A program made the translations under genes and the position numbers. Shown here in pieces: positions 37,148-47,014 of a stretch of 64,000 nucleotides of DNA. This stretch comes from Planctomycetota bacterium (GTDB taxonomy: Bacteria; Planctomycetota; PLA2; JAEUHO01). The first letter of the stretch is position 1, and each line of letters begins with the position of its first letter. The stretch lies in NCBI GenBank assembly GCA_965222115.1, contig CBDCTJ010000007.1, positions 800,001-864,000 on the forward strand, given 5' to 3'. The notes beneath the pieces were generated by a model. The model saw nothing but the letters and a program-made list of their open reading frames with translations. It was not told where the DNA came from and ran no database searches.

Positions 37148-37513
37148 TCATGAACCTGGCGGCTCCCACAACTCAATCGCATTGCCTTCTGGATCGTGAA
37201 TGCGCGCGAATCGACCGGTCTGAGGCGTGTTCCATTCATCTTTCGTCATGATTTCAATGCTTGCGGCGCGCAGGGTTTCCAGCAGTTCGTCGAGGCCGTC
37301 TACGCGTAGGTTGAGCATCCACTGCTTGTCTTCAGCGAAGTAGTCGGTATCGGCCTTGAAAGGCGAAAACACGGTTGGGCCGCCAGCCTGCTGCCAGATG
37401 TACTCCCCCGCGGCCATGTTGGCACCAACACCCAAGTGTTTGAGGTACCAAGCGTTGAGTTCGTCAGGATTCTTGGCGCGAAAGAAGAATCCGCCGATAC
37501 CGGTTACTGCCAT
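37148..37513 (-). CDS. VOC/glyoxalase family protein
   Basis: 'VTGIGGFFFRA.NP..L..WY..HLG', 'MLNLRVD.LD', 'GRFA.I.DPEGN.IELWEP'. GGGAGGTG RBS. Confidence 0.9.
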   Translation of the reverse strand: MAVTGIGGFFFRAKNPDELNAWYLKHLGVGANMAAGEYIWQQAGGPTVFSPFKADTDYFAEDKQWMLNLRVDGLDELLETLRAASIEIMTKDEWNTPQTGRFARIHDPEGNAIELWEPPGS

Positions 37514-37528
37514 GGATTTCACCTCCCG

Positions 37529-37592
37529 GGGGGTACATCCGCGTGCCAGGCACGCATGCGTATGCACAGGGTACATCGGCGTGCCTGGCACC
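37529..37592. repeat. REP-like palindromic repeats, copies 4 and 5 (inverted relative to 27.4-27.7 kb)
   Basis: The reverse complement reads GTGCCAGGCACGCCGATGTAC...ATACGCATGCGTGCCTGGCACGCGGATGTACCCC. Confidence 0.8.
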
Positions 37593-37625
37593 ATGTCGTA
37601 TGCCGTTCCCTGGTAGTGTGATCCC

Positions 37626-38207
37626 ATGAGTCTGAGCGCACTTGACGTCTTTTTGCGGGATCACGCCAGCGTCCATTTGCGCGGTGCTGTGCATGCGGAG
37701 CGAAACATCGATTGGTTGATCGATGGGCTTACGGAAGGGCAGATGCGAGCTCGACCGAGCGGCGTGAATTCGCTGGTGTGGATCTTGTGGCATCTCTCCC
37801 GGGTGGAGGACTTGTGTATTTCGACCGTTCTTGGCGGACGCATGCAACTGATGGATGACGAATGGGTAAGGCGCCTCGGTGTTATGGAGCGCGGGGATGG
37901 TGAGGGCATGTCCAAGGAGTCCGTGGCCTCGCTCTCAGAATCGATTCAGATCAAGGAACTGATCGAGTACCGAGCCATCGTCTGCACGCGTACGCGGGAA
38001 CTCGCCTCGTCGCTATGGCCAGGGCGTTGGTTTGAGAAGCTAACCGAGCGCGACTTGGCAACAGCCGCCGAGCTCGGCGGCGAAGCGGGGCCGTGGTTGG
38101 TCGGCGTGACGCGGGAGTCGTTGCTCACGTGGTGGGCGATTCATCACGCGTACCACCACATTGGACAGATGGCCTTGATTCGTAAGTTGGTTCAGAAAGA
38201 ACGTTGA
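37626..38207 (+). CDS. DinB-family protein
   Basis: 'NSLVWILWHLSRVED' and C-terminal 'HAYHHIGQM', giving the His triad. Confidence 0.85.
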   Translation: MSLSALDVFLRDHASVHLRGAVHAERNIDWLIDGLTEGQMRARPSGVNSLVWILWHLSRVEDLCISTVLGGRMQLMDDEWVRRLGVMERGDGEGMSKESVASLSESIQIKELIEYRAIVCTRTRELASSLWPGRWFEKLTERDLATAAELGGEAGPWLVGVTRESLLTWWAIHHAYHHIGQMALIRKLVQKER

Positions 38208-38242
38208 GATGCACGTCGGGTCTTTAGGTGGTTAATGAAACA

Positions 38243-38263
38243 CGCCCGCCGTTAGGGCGGGCG
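38243..38263. terminator. GC-rich hairpin between convergent genes, probable terminator
   Basis: CGCCCGCC-GTTAG-GGCGGGCG with an A-rich run on the left. Confidence 0.5.
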
Positions 38264-38290
38264 CGTGGGTTGTCGTGGTGTTTGATGGCG

Positions 38291-38914
38291 TTACCTTGCC
38301 GCATCGCCTATGCCAAAGAGACCACCCGATGAGGGAACGTCTGCACCGGGGATGGGCTGCGTCTGGGGAATGAAGCCGCCATGGGTGGGCTGGGGACGGA
38401 AACCCGACTTTTTCTTCGGCTTCTTGGCCGGGCGGCGCTGGCCGCGGCGGTCAAACGTCGCGGGGCGATTCTTGCCAACTCTGAGCTTGCCGTCGCGTCC
38501 GTAGATGTGGACGGTCTTACCTTGCCACTTGCGGTGCTTGCGAAGGAAGGCCGCGATCTTCTTCGGTGGGAAACGATCCATGGCATCGCCCCACACCACG
38601 ACGTGCGATGTACGGACGCGCTGGAGCTTGCGCTGCGCCTTCTTGGCCTTGCGAAGCAAGCGGCCGTGGGCCTTCTTGTAGCGAGCGGCCGTTTCGTTGT
38701 CGCCTCGGCGAACGGCGTTGCGGTAGAAACGAGCCAGGCGAGCGAGCTTAGCTTTGGCACGCTTGTAACTCTTGAGCGTCTTGGGGTAGAGCTCTCGCAC
38801 TCCGAAGTTGCCGGAGATCATGAGCGACGAACGCGCTTCGGCGGTCGGTGCAACCGAGAGGGTCGCTGCGAAGGAGGAAAAGACGATGAGTGCGGTGAGT
38901 GCGGTGCGAAACAT
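38291..38914 (-). CDS. Hypothetical secreted, highly basic protein
   Basis: Signal peptide ending 'AEA'. Lys/Arg-rich. GGAG precedes ATG 38914. Confidence 0.6.
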   Translation of the reverse strand: MFRTALTALIVFSSFAATLSVAPTAEARSSLMISGNFGVRELYPKTLKSYKRAKAKLARLARFYRNAVRRGDNETAARYKKAHGRLLRKAKKAQRKLQRVRTSHVVVWGDAMDRFPPKKIAAFLRKHRKWQGKTVHIYGRDGKLRVGKNRPATFDRRGQRRPAKKPKKKSGFRPQPTHGGFIPQTQPIPGADVPSSGGLFGIGDAAR

Positions 38915-39109
38915 GGTGGGCTCCAGGGTGCGGGACAAGCCCAAATGCTCGTCCGTTCAGGAGGCATGTACGCATCGCCGCCGAGGTATCGCAGCTGGCG
39001 ACGAAATTGCTAGACGCCCGTCTACATGCCGAATTCACACGTGTCCGGGGAATCCCTTCGGCCGCAGGCTGCGGGACGGCCAGGATGGGCCGCCTTTGAG
39101 GTCGACCCC

Positions 39110-39814
39110 GTGAATCTCATTCGAAAATGCACCGCCGAGTTCATTGGAACGTTCGCGATTGTGTTCGCGGGCTGTGGTGCCATTGTAGCCAATCAACTTT
39201 CCGGCGGAGCCATCACGCATGTTGGCGTCGCTGCGACTTTTGGATTGGTCGTGATGGTGATGGTCTATGCCGTGGGCCATATCAGTGGCGCGCACCTCAA
39301 CCCCGCAGTAACCCTTGCGTTCACCGCGACGCGTCACTTCCCCGTTCGCGAAGTTCCGGCCTACGTCGTGTCGCAGAGTTTGGGTGCGCTCGCCGCCAGC
39401 GGGCTTCACCGCGTGACCGTTGACGCTCTGGAGACCTCGCGCGCTATTGATCTCGGCGTAACGCACCCCATTCAGGGTCACTTCGTGACGGGCGTTGTGT
39501 GGGAGGCAGCACTCACCGCACTGCTGATGTTTGTCATCATGGGCGTCGCGACGGACTTTCGCGCCGTCGGTCGTGCTGCGGGACTTGCCATTGGTGGCGC
39601 GGTGGGACTCGAAGCCATGTTTGCCGGTCCGATCACAGGCGCGTCCATGAATCCTGCACGCAGCTTGGGCCCCGCCATCGTGTCGGGCGATCTTGCGGAC
39701 ATCAGTGTGTATCTCATTGGGCCCATTGCCGGCGCGCTGATGGGTGCGTACTTGTACAACTTCGTTCGTTGTGAACCGCGCGCGCCAGATAGCGACGTGA
39801 AGGGTTGTTGCTGA
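39110..39814 (+). CDS. MIP-family aquaporin (NIP/AqpS-like) with C-terminal Cys-Cys
   Basis: 'ISGAHLNPAVT' and 'GASMNPARSLGPA'. Ends in KGCC. GAGG precedes GTG 39110. Confidence 0.92.
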   Translation: MNLIRKCTAEFIGTFAIVFAGCGAIVANQLSGGAITHVGVAATFGLVVMVMVYAVGHISGAHLNPAVTLAFTATRHFPVREVPAYVVSQSLGALAASGLHRVTVDALETSRAIDLGVTHPIQGHFVTGVVWEAALTALLMFVIMGVATDFRAVGRAAGLAIGGAVGLEAMFAGPITGASMNPARSLGPAIVSGDLADISVYLIGPIAGALMGAYLYNFVRCEPRAPDSDVKGCC

Positions 39815-39817
39815 CGT

Positions 39818-41014
39818 TTATCTCGGCGGCCGTGCAACCAACGTGTCGACCGCGGTTTCCATGCGCATCATGGTGATGTTGCCGCGTGACTGCGTGAAGT
39901 ACAGCACCATGAGGTCTTCCTTGGGAAATGCCCACGCATAGGTGCCGTCGGTGCCGCTGTGACCGAATGCAATGACGCTTGAGTCGTTGCCTTTTGTTTC
40001 CTGTGTATAGAGATGCATTTGTCGACCGTAGCGAGAGCGCAAGCCAACAAAGCCTGTGGGCAGCGTTGCAAACGAAACGGGTTTTATCGCGCGCTTGACT
40101 GCATTATTCGAGATTAATGGCCTTCCACCCACTTGACCTTCATCCATCCATGCCGCCAAGAAACGCGCGTAGTCCATGGGCGTTGAGTAGACGCTCTGTG
40201 CGCCCATCGAAAAACTAAAGTACGGCGCCCGGCCGGGCTTCCACAGCACGGGCCAGCCTTGGTTTCGTTTCCAGTAGAGCGTGGCTACCTTGCCAAAGCG
40301 TGGGTCGTTTCGCTTGTAGCGCGTAACCGTGTTCCGCATGCCAAGAGGTTTGATGATGCGTTCTTCTAGGAACTGCTCGAAGGGCATACCCGAGATGGTC
40401 TGAACGACTGCGGCGAGAATGTCGGAGTTCGCGTCGGCATAGTGATAGCGCGCTCCGGGGCGACTTGCGCGGGGGTAATGGCGCGCCCAATAGTTCGCAA
40501 GTTCCAGTACCGATCCGTAGCTCGCGTAGTTGGTCCAAAGTGTGCCGGGCGACTTCATGGGAAACCCGCTCCGGTGCGTCATGAGGTGATCGATGGTGAT
40601 CGTGCGTACGCGCTCCGTATCAAACGACTTGAGCACCGTCGCCACGGGGTCATCGAGTTTCAGCTTCTTTTCGTCGATCAACATCTGAATCGCCATGCCC
40701 GTCATGACCTTCGTCATGGAGCGAATGTTGCAGCGCGTGTGTTTCTCGTAGGCACGCTTGCTCTTGCGATCCATCCATCCGTGCGTGGTATGCAGTACCG
40801 TTTTCCGGTTCTTGATGACCAACAGCTCGGCGCCAATAATCTCACCGGCGTCCACAAACCCCGCAACCAACGTATCCAGTTTCTTGAGCGCCGCCGGGGC
40901 GATACCCTCAGTTGCTACCGCGCGAGGGAAGGGGATGTCGGTGCGAGCGAGTGCCAGTGATATGGCCAAGCACACGAATGTGCCCGTCGCTAGATGCGAT
41001 TTCGCGTAACGCAT
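39818..41014 (-). CDS. Serine hydrolase, beta-lactamase class C-like
   Basis: SxxK 'RSMTK', 'LMTHRSG', 'PG.RYHY', 'FGHSG'. Signal peptide. Confidence 0.88.
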   Translation of the reverse strand: MRYAKSHLATGTFVCLAISLALARTDIPFPRAVATEGIAPAALKKLDTLVAGFVDAGEIIGAELLVIKNRKTVLHTTHGWMDRKSKRAYEKHTRCNIRSMTKVMTGMAIQMLIDEKKLKLDDPVATVLKSFDTERVRTITIDHLMTHRSGFPMKSPGTLWTNYASYGSVLELANYWARHYPRASRPGARYHYADANSDILAAVVQTISGMPFEQFLEERIIKPLGMRNTVTRYKRNDPRFGKVATLYWKRNQGWPVLWKPGRAPYFSFSMGAQSVYSTPMDYARFLAAWMDEGQVGGRPLISNNAVKRAIKPVSFATLPTGFVGLRSRYGRQMHLYTQETKGNDSSVIAFGHSGTDGTYAWAFPKEDLMVLYFTQSRGNITMMRMETAVDTLVARPPR

Positions 41015-41096
41015 AGGGGCATTGTGCACGGAACCGTGTTGTGGCATGCAGCGGAAGCGAGCGCGCGTCGCAGTTCGCCGCCGTAGAATCTCGCAT

Positions 41097-42059
41097 ATGT
41101 CGTCTGCGCGCCCTCCCCGCCCCAACAATCCACTGCACTGGGTGGCGTATGTGTTGTCACTTCCTGAGCGCGTACTGCGAACGATCGTGGTGACCGCCGG
41201 ACACCTGCTTTGGCTCGTGCTGTGGTTGGTGCCGAGACCCATTCGAAAGGGGCGCTTCTTCAAGAAGGCGGTCGAACGACAAGTGGCCATGCTCACCGAT
41301 GAAGTAGGGCGATCGCGTCGCTATCCCGGTTCGCCGCAGCTCACAGGCGAGTTGGCCACGCGCATGGCGGTGGGGGGCGTGGTAGACAACTTGGCCACCA
41401 TCTCGCTTCACGCCTCACCGCTTTGGCTGTTGTTGGCTGCTAGTGACATGAGCGAGGGGGCGGCACGATTTGTGGATGCGCTTGGCGCCGAGTTGGAAGA
41501 GAAGGGCTACGTCACCGAGGGTCAACGCATCACATCCCTCGATCGAACGCTCAAGGGACTGTCGGCGTTGTCGGGACGATTGGCCGATAGTCTTGACGCG
41601 CCGCCGCTTGAATTTCAAGCGCTCAAAGACTCTGTGGAGCGTGTGCGTGATGACATCGCCGAAGTGGGTACAGCCGCGCTTGAACAAGTCCCGGACATCG
41701 ATCAGTTGGCGAATGAACTCACTGCGGTGTCCGAAGAATCCGACCGTTCGCTTCTGTCGGTTTTAGGGGCACTCACAATTGGTACCGCGGACAAAGTCGA
41801 GCGAACGCTCGGCGCCACGCTCACCGGTGTTGGCGGTAGCGTAGCGATTGTGACGCGCTTCCTCTGCGACGACGTTTTGGATGGGTATGTGGACGCTGCC
41901 AAGCGCATGCATCGACGCGGCTTTGTGGGTTCTTTTCGCTCGTTCGTTCGCCCGCAGATGCGTAGTGTGCGCGCCCTGTTTGACTACTCGTTTCTCACGT
42001 GGACCGAGCGCATCTTGTCCTTTTGGCAATGGCACCAAGCCGATTGGGCACACCCCTAA
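41097..42059 (+). CDS. Hypothetical helical/membrane-associated protein
   Basis: Long ORF with host-like codon usage. 'YVLSLPERVLR', 'SPLWLLLAASD'. Confidence 0.65.
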   Translation: MSSARPPRPNNPLHWVAYVLSLPERVLRTIVVTAGHLLWLVLWLVPRPIRKGRFFKKAVERQVAMLTDEVGRSRRYPGSPQLTGELATRMAVGGVVDNLATISLHASPLWLLLAASDMSEGAARFVDALGAELEEKGYVTEGQRITSLDRTLKGLSALSGRLADSLDAPPLEFQALKDSVERVRDDIAEVGTAALEQVPDIDQLANELTAVSEESDRSLLSVLGALTIGTADKVERTLGATLTGVGGSVAIVTRFLCDDVLDGYVDAAKRMHRRGFVGSFRSFVRPQMRSVRALFDYSFLTWTERILSFWQWHQADWAHP

Positions 42060-42244
42060 ACCATAGGTATCCAGCGTTGGTGTCGGCGCGAATGCCTGAG
42101 TTACGTGTAAACCCGGTCCACGCGACCTACGCCGCCGGGCTTGGTCCGCGTCCCAGCGAACACCTCTGCCATACTGAGGTAGGCTTGTGTAGTGGTCGCC
42201 GCCTCTCGTGTCCTAAGCCCACGCTCGATCCTGTCCATCGGAGA

Positions 42245-44776
42245 ATGACCTTGCGACGTCTCCTGCCTCTATTTGCAATTGCCGTTTTGTGCTTCATGCC
42301 ACCGCCACCGTGTGGGGCCGAAGACGGGCCCACAGCCAAACCATTGCCCAAGCCGCCCCTTTCGCCTGAGCAAGAGTTGGCCAAGAAGCGCAAAAAGCAG
42401 CAAGAGTTCGAGCAGCGCAAAGTCGATTTGCCGAAAACGGCGAAACGCACCCTAGCGCTGATTGAGCGCTTCGAGAAACGCGAGTTGCGTCTCTGGGCTG
42501 TGTCGCGTCAAAAGGTGATTGAACAGGGACCCGACGCTGTCCCCGCGCTTGTGCTTATGCTCGAGTCGGAAGATTGGGAAGTCCGTGCCTTTTCCGCATC
42601 ATGTTTGGAGGCGCTACAGGCCGCCGATGCGATGCGTCCCTTGTTGACGGCTCTTCAAAACGAAACCTATATCGAGGCGCGGCGCCGCATGGTGATGGCC
42701 TTGGGGACGTTGAACGATGCCGGGACTGAACCCGCACTGTTGACGGCAAGTCAAGATCAGGATGAGGGCGTTGTCTTGGCAGCGATTCGCGCCCTGGGTG
42801 CCTTGAAGCGCAAAGAGTCCATGCCTGCGCTTAGGGCTTTTGTCAAGCACAAGAACTTAGACATTCGCTACGAAGCGTTGAGCATTCTTGCGTCTCTTGA
42901 TGATGAAAAGGCACGCGCCAAGTTGCATAAGAAGGCACAGGCGCAGGTGGCGACCAGCGATTTGCGTCGTTACGACTCGGTACGCCCATTCGATATGAGC
43001 GATCGCTACGAACAGTATCTGATCGGGGTGGCTCTGGCGCGTGCCAACGATGAAGAGGCCGACAAGTTGCTACGAAAGATCCTGCGCGCCGACAAACCGT
43101 GGCATAAAAAGATCTTTCTACGGCTGGGGGCTGCTGAAGGATTGGGAAGGCGAGCCGCCGAGGGTTTGCCACTTCACAAGGAGCTCATCAAGGGATTGAG
43201 CCACGACGACAATCCGGTTCGTGTTGCCTGTTCGTACGGACTGAGCTTTGTCGGCGCGGGTGACCATTTGCGAGCGCTAAAACGCGCGCTGAGTGACAAA
43301 CAGCTCGATGTTCGCGTCAACGTCGTGAAGGCCGTCGGGCACATCAACACGCCTGAGGCTGTGAAGGCGTTAAGAAAGTCCGTCAAAGATCGCTCGCCGG
43401 ACGTACGAGCGGCCACAGCGCGAGCATTGAGCGAAATGACTGTGCCCGAGGCGGCGGACGCGCTTATCACCATGCTAAAGGACAAGAAGTACGTAAATCG
43501 AGTGCTGGCCGCGCGCGGATTGGCGAGCCGCACCGACGTAGAAGACGTCGTGTCCGCATTAACCAAAGCATCCAAGGACCCCGACTATGGTGTGCGCGCG
43601 CAGGCGCTCGCGAGCCTCTCTAGGGCAGTGACCAAGTCGGATGAGGCACTCAAGATCCTCGTGGGCGCCATGACGGATCGCGACTACGGCGTTCAAGTCA
43701 ATGCGTACCTCGGTATCAACGCGTTGCTGGATGTACTCGACGAACAACCTGAGTTGGATGAACCCATCCTGAAACGCATCGTGACGACGGCCACCGAAGC
43801 ACGCATCGATCGACTTCGCTTGGCGGCAGACGAACTATTGGACGGTCAACGGCCGCCCGGAGCCATTCCCTTCCTGATTCAAGTCCTGGGCGCCGACGAA
43901 GAACGGAAGCGTCGGCGTGCCAACTCGTTGTTATCGCGCATGACAGAGAAGAACATGAACTTTGACTCCAAGGCGTCGCCTCGCGATCGCAAAGACGCGG
44001 CGGCACGTTGGAAGGCATGGTGGGAGGGTTCGAGCCGCACATTGCCCAAGCGGGGCCGTCGCAGTGGCGCTGTGGTCACGGGATCTCTGGCCGAGCAGAC
44101 GCGCGATCTCAAGTGGCGAGGGATGGATATTGTCCTGTTGCTTGATTCAACCGGTTCCATGGCGGGATTGCTGCGCTCGACCAAGCAAAGTATCGATCAA
44201 ATTATTGCAGGGCTTGCCTCGCCGCTGCCAAGTTTGCGAATTTCGCTCTTTACCTACCGCGATGTTGGCGACAACTACGTGTACTACGGCACGCCCTTGA
44301 CCTACGACATTGAGCATTTGCCGGGGTTCTTGCAGAGCTTCGTCCACGGTCAGGGCGGCGATATTCCCGAGGCTGTATTCGACTCGGTGAATGCCGCCAT
44401 GAGGGAACTCAAGTGGCGCAAGGATGCCCATAAAGTCATCATTTTTGCAGGGGACGCGCCGCACCACCCGGAACAGGACAAGGACTTTAAGAAGGCCATT
44501 AAGAAGTGGGCGACGAAAGAGAACCGTGCCGTTATGCACGCTATCTTCACCGACACCAATCGCCGCTCGCTCGACATCAATCGCCGCACCAAGCGCGAGG
44601 ACCCCGACGATTTTCAACATCCCTATCTCGACATCTACCGGGAGGTGTCCGGCTTGGGACGTGGGCGGGCGGTGCTACTCAGCGACGAGAGTGCTCTGAT
44701 AAAAGAAATCTTGGTGCTCGCCTTTGGGCCGACGTGGCGGGCTGACATCGAAAATTTCCTCGACTTTCAGCGCTAG
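42245..44776 (+). CDS. Secreted HEAT-repeat protein with C-terminal VWA domain
   Basis: Many 'L.D....VR..A..AL' repeats. MIDAS elements 'DSTGSM', 'GGDIPEAV', 'AGDAPHH'. GGAG precedes ATG 42245. Confidence 0.88.
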   Translation: MTLRRLLPLFAIAVLCFMPPPPCGAEDGPTAKPLPKPPLSPEQELAKKRKKQQEFEQRKVDLPKTAKRTLALIERFEKRELRLWAVSRQKVIEQGPDAVPALVLMLESEDWEVRAFSASCLEALQAADAMRPLLTALQNETYIEARRRMVMALGTLNDAGTEPALLTASQDQDEGVVLAAIRALGALKRKESMPALRAFVKHKNLDIRYEALSILASLDDEKARAKLHKKAQAQVATSDLRRYDSVRPFDMSDRYEQYLIGVALARANDEEADKLLRKILRADKPWHKKIFLRLGAAEGLGRRAAEGLPLHKELIKGLSHDDNPVRVACSYGLSFVGAGDHLRALKRALSDKQLDVRVNVVKAVGHINTPEAVKALRKSVKDRSPDVRAATARALSEMTVPEAADALITMLKDKKYVNRVLAARGLASRTDVEDVVSALTKASKDPDYGVRAQALASLSRAVTKSDEALKILVGAMTDRDYGVQVNAYLGINALLDVLDEQPELDEPILKRIVTTATEARIDRLRLAADELLDGQRPPGAIPFLIQVLGADEERKRRRANSLLSRMTEKNMNFDSKASPRDRKDAAARWKAWWEGSSRTLPKRGRRSGAVVTGSLAEQTRDLKWRGMDIVLLLDSTGSMAGLLRSTKQSIDQIIAGLASPLPSLRISLFTYRDVGDNYVYYGTPLTYDIEHLPGFLQSFVHGQGGDIPEAVFDSVNAAMRELKWRKDAHKVIIFAGDAPHHPEQDKDFKKAIKKWATKENRAVMHAIFTDTNRRSLDINRRTKREDPDDFQHPYLDIYREVSGLGRGRAVLLSDESALIKEILVLAFGPTWRADIENFLDFQR

Positions 44777-44961
44777 ACATGCCGGTCCGTAAGCACCTGC
44801 TCCGCAACGCGGACGTGCATGGCTCATGGTGCGTCCTATTCGTCCCCTCGCCAAGATCGCAGGGCAAACAGTCTTGGTGGCTGCGGCTTTGCTTTGCAGG
44901 ATACGACCCTTCGTAGTCGACGGGCGAGCGGCGACATTGCGTCGCATGCAAGGAGGTTCAC

Positions 44962-45786
44962 ATGGGCGATATCAACTGGCAAGATCTCTGGGACAACGTC
45001 TGGAACGCGGGCGTCGAATACGCACCCAAGGTAGGCGTGGCGCTGGCCATCCTAATTCTTGGTTGGATCGTCGCAAAGTTCGTTCGACGGATGCTCCGGC
45101 GCATCATGCGCAAGGCGCGTATGGACGACACGCTTGCGGGCTTCCTTTCCAACATTCTATACGGCATGCTGCTCGTTTTTGTTGTGATTGCAGCCCTTAG
45201 CCACTTGGGCATCGAGACGAATTCGTTCGTAGCCATCTTGGGCGCCGCGGGGTTGGCCGTTGGTTTTGCGTTGCAAGGATCACTATCGAACTTCGCCGCA
45301 GGTGTGATGTTGATTCTCAATCGGCCGTTCAAGACGGGTGATCACGTAGAGATTGCGGGCATCGAGGGCGATATTGCCGAAATCTCTATCTTCTCGACCA
45401 TGATTGATACCAAAGACAACAAGCGCGTGATCATTCCCAATGCGGAGATTACCGCCGCCACGATCACGAACTACAGTACGCATAACAAGCGTCGCGTGGA
45501 CTTGGTCATGGGTATTGGCTATGAGGCTGACATCAAGCAGGCCAAAGAGATTCTCACGGAAATCTGCGCCTCGCACCCCAAAGCATTAAAGGATCCCGCA
45601 CCCACCATCGCCGTCTTGGAACTGGCCGATAGCAGCGTCAACTTCATGGTCCGCCCGTGGTGCCACCCAAACGACTACTGGGATGTTTATTGCGACATCA
45701 CGGAGAGCGTGAAGCTCGCCTTTGATAAGGCCGGCATTTCGATTCCATTCCCTCAGCAAGAAGTGCATATGCGTCAGATTGCGTAG
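44962..45786 (+). CDS. mscS: Small-conductance mechanosensitive channel
   Basis: 'AILGAAGLAVGFALQGSLSNFAAGV.L...RPFK.GD', 'IPN', 'GISIPFPQ'. Confidence 0.95.
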   Translation: MGDINWQDLWDNVWNAGVEYAPKVGVALAILILGWIVAKFVRRMLRRIMRKARMDDTLAGFLSNILYGMLLVFVVIAALSHLGIETNSFVAILGAAGLAVGFALQGSLSNFAAGVMLILNRPFKTGDHVEIAGIEGDIAEISIFSTMIDTKDNKRVIIPNAEITAATITNYSTHNKRRVDLVMGIGYEADIKQAKEILTEICASHPKALKDPAPTIAVLELADSSVNFMVRPWCHPNDYWDVYCDITESVKLAFDKAGISIPFPQQEVHMRQIA

Positions 45787-45787
45787 C

Positions 45788-47014
45788 TCAGCGACGCTTC
45801 AACAGGCCCAGTCCCAGCGCAAGCGCGCAGTACGCCGTGGAGGCAACGCGCATGTTGCGGGCGTTTGTGAAGTCGGACGTCGAGCCGTCTTTACGGAGCG
45901 TTTTGATCACATGAGGTCGCAATCGCGCGTGATAGGCCTCGCGTTGGGCCTCCGGCAGCAAGTTGATGGCGTGGGCAGCGTAGTAATGACCGAAGCAGTA
46001 AAAGTAGCCCGAATTGGCGTAGTAGGCTTCGTGCGGGTTGGGGCGTAGGCGCGCCACGTCGAGGAAGCGGTGGTGCTTGAAAAAGGCGTCAATTCCCGCG
46101 CGCAGACGTTTGATGGTTACGCGCTTGCTCCCAACGAGCAAAAGCGACCAGTCGCAAAGTGGCGTGCGCCCAAGGCTGCCTTTTATGCGGTTGATGTGTT
46201 GGCCACCATTGAGGCGCGGCCACGGCGTAAGGTCGTAGGCGTAGGCGCCTTCCGGCAGTTGGCACTTCTCAACGTACACACGCGCTCGTTCGATCGTGGC
46301 TTGATCTACGCCCCAGCCTAGCTCCTTGGCTCTTATCAAGTAGGGCAAGATGAGCGCCGTGCAGAAACTCGTGGACCATTTGTTGCGTCGCGAGTAGGGC
46401 GGGTCGTCGTAGTAGGCCCAACCGCCCTCAGGACTTTGATTCTTAAGCAAGACTGTGAGCAGCGTTCTCCCGCGGCGACGGAGCAGCCACTGCTCATGGG
46501 CGGAGAGCTCACCATCGCTTCCAAATCGTTTGTCTTCGGCTACCTGGGTAAGGCAAACGACGCCGTATAGCGCAGGCCACATGTAGTCGGTGTCCCAGTG
46601 ATTGCCGCGTTTCGGCATGCGGGTACGCACCATCCAGCGGATGCCGTTGAGGAGTGCCGCACGACGCGTTGTTGTTTCCGGCGCGTGCAGAAACGCCATG
46701 ACTGCCAAGGCATGCGAGGTGTACTTCCAGGCATAGTGCGTTTCTACGGAAAACGATGCCTCCGCAGACAAACCGGGAATTGCCGCAGCCCACGAGCCGT
46801 CCTTGTTCTGCGCACGAACGAGGTAGTTCAGCGACCGATCGTAGGCAGTCAGTGCTTGACTTGCCGACATCGTGACGGGTGCGCGCCCCGGTGCGGCCTT
46901 CATCGTGCTCGGCGCGGGCGACTCTTTCGCACCGAGGGGAGCCACGCCCCACACGCAGATTGCGATCAGCGCTGTAGCGCTTAGACGCCAGCCGATTGAA
47001 GTAGGACGATCCAC
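45788..47014 (-). CDS. Secreted prenyltransferase/squalene-oxidase-repeat protein
   Basis: QW-type repeats 'AQNKDGSW', 'NQSPEGGWAY', 'RKDGS'. Signal peptide. Confidence 0.7.
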   Translation of the reverse strand: MDRPTSIGWRLSATALIAICVWGVAPLGAKESPAPSTMKAAPGRAPVTMSASQALTAYDRSLNYLVRAQNKDGSWAAAIPGLSAEASFSVETHYAWKYTSHALAVMAFLHAPETTTRRAALLNGIRWMVRTRMPKRGNHWDTDYMWPALYGVVCLTQVAEDKRFGSDGELSAHEQWLLRRRGRTLLTVLLKNQSPEGGWAYYDDPPYSRRNKWSTSFCTALILPYLIRAKELGWGVDQATIERARVYVEKCQLPEGAYAYDLTPWPRLNGGQHINRIKGSLGRTPLCDWSLLLVGSKRVTIKRLRAGIDAFFKHHRFLDVARLRPNPHEAYYANSGYFYCFGHYYAAHAINLLPEAQREAYHARLRPHVIKTLRKDGSTSDFTNARNMRVASTAYCALALGLGLLKRR

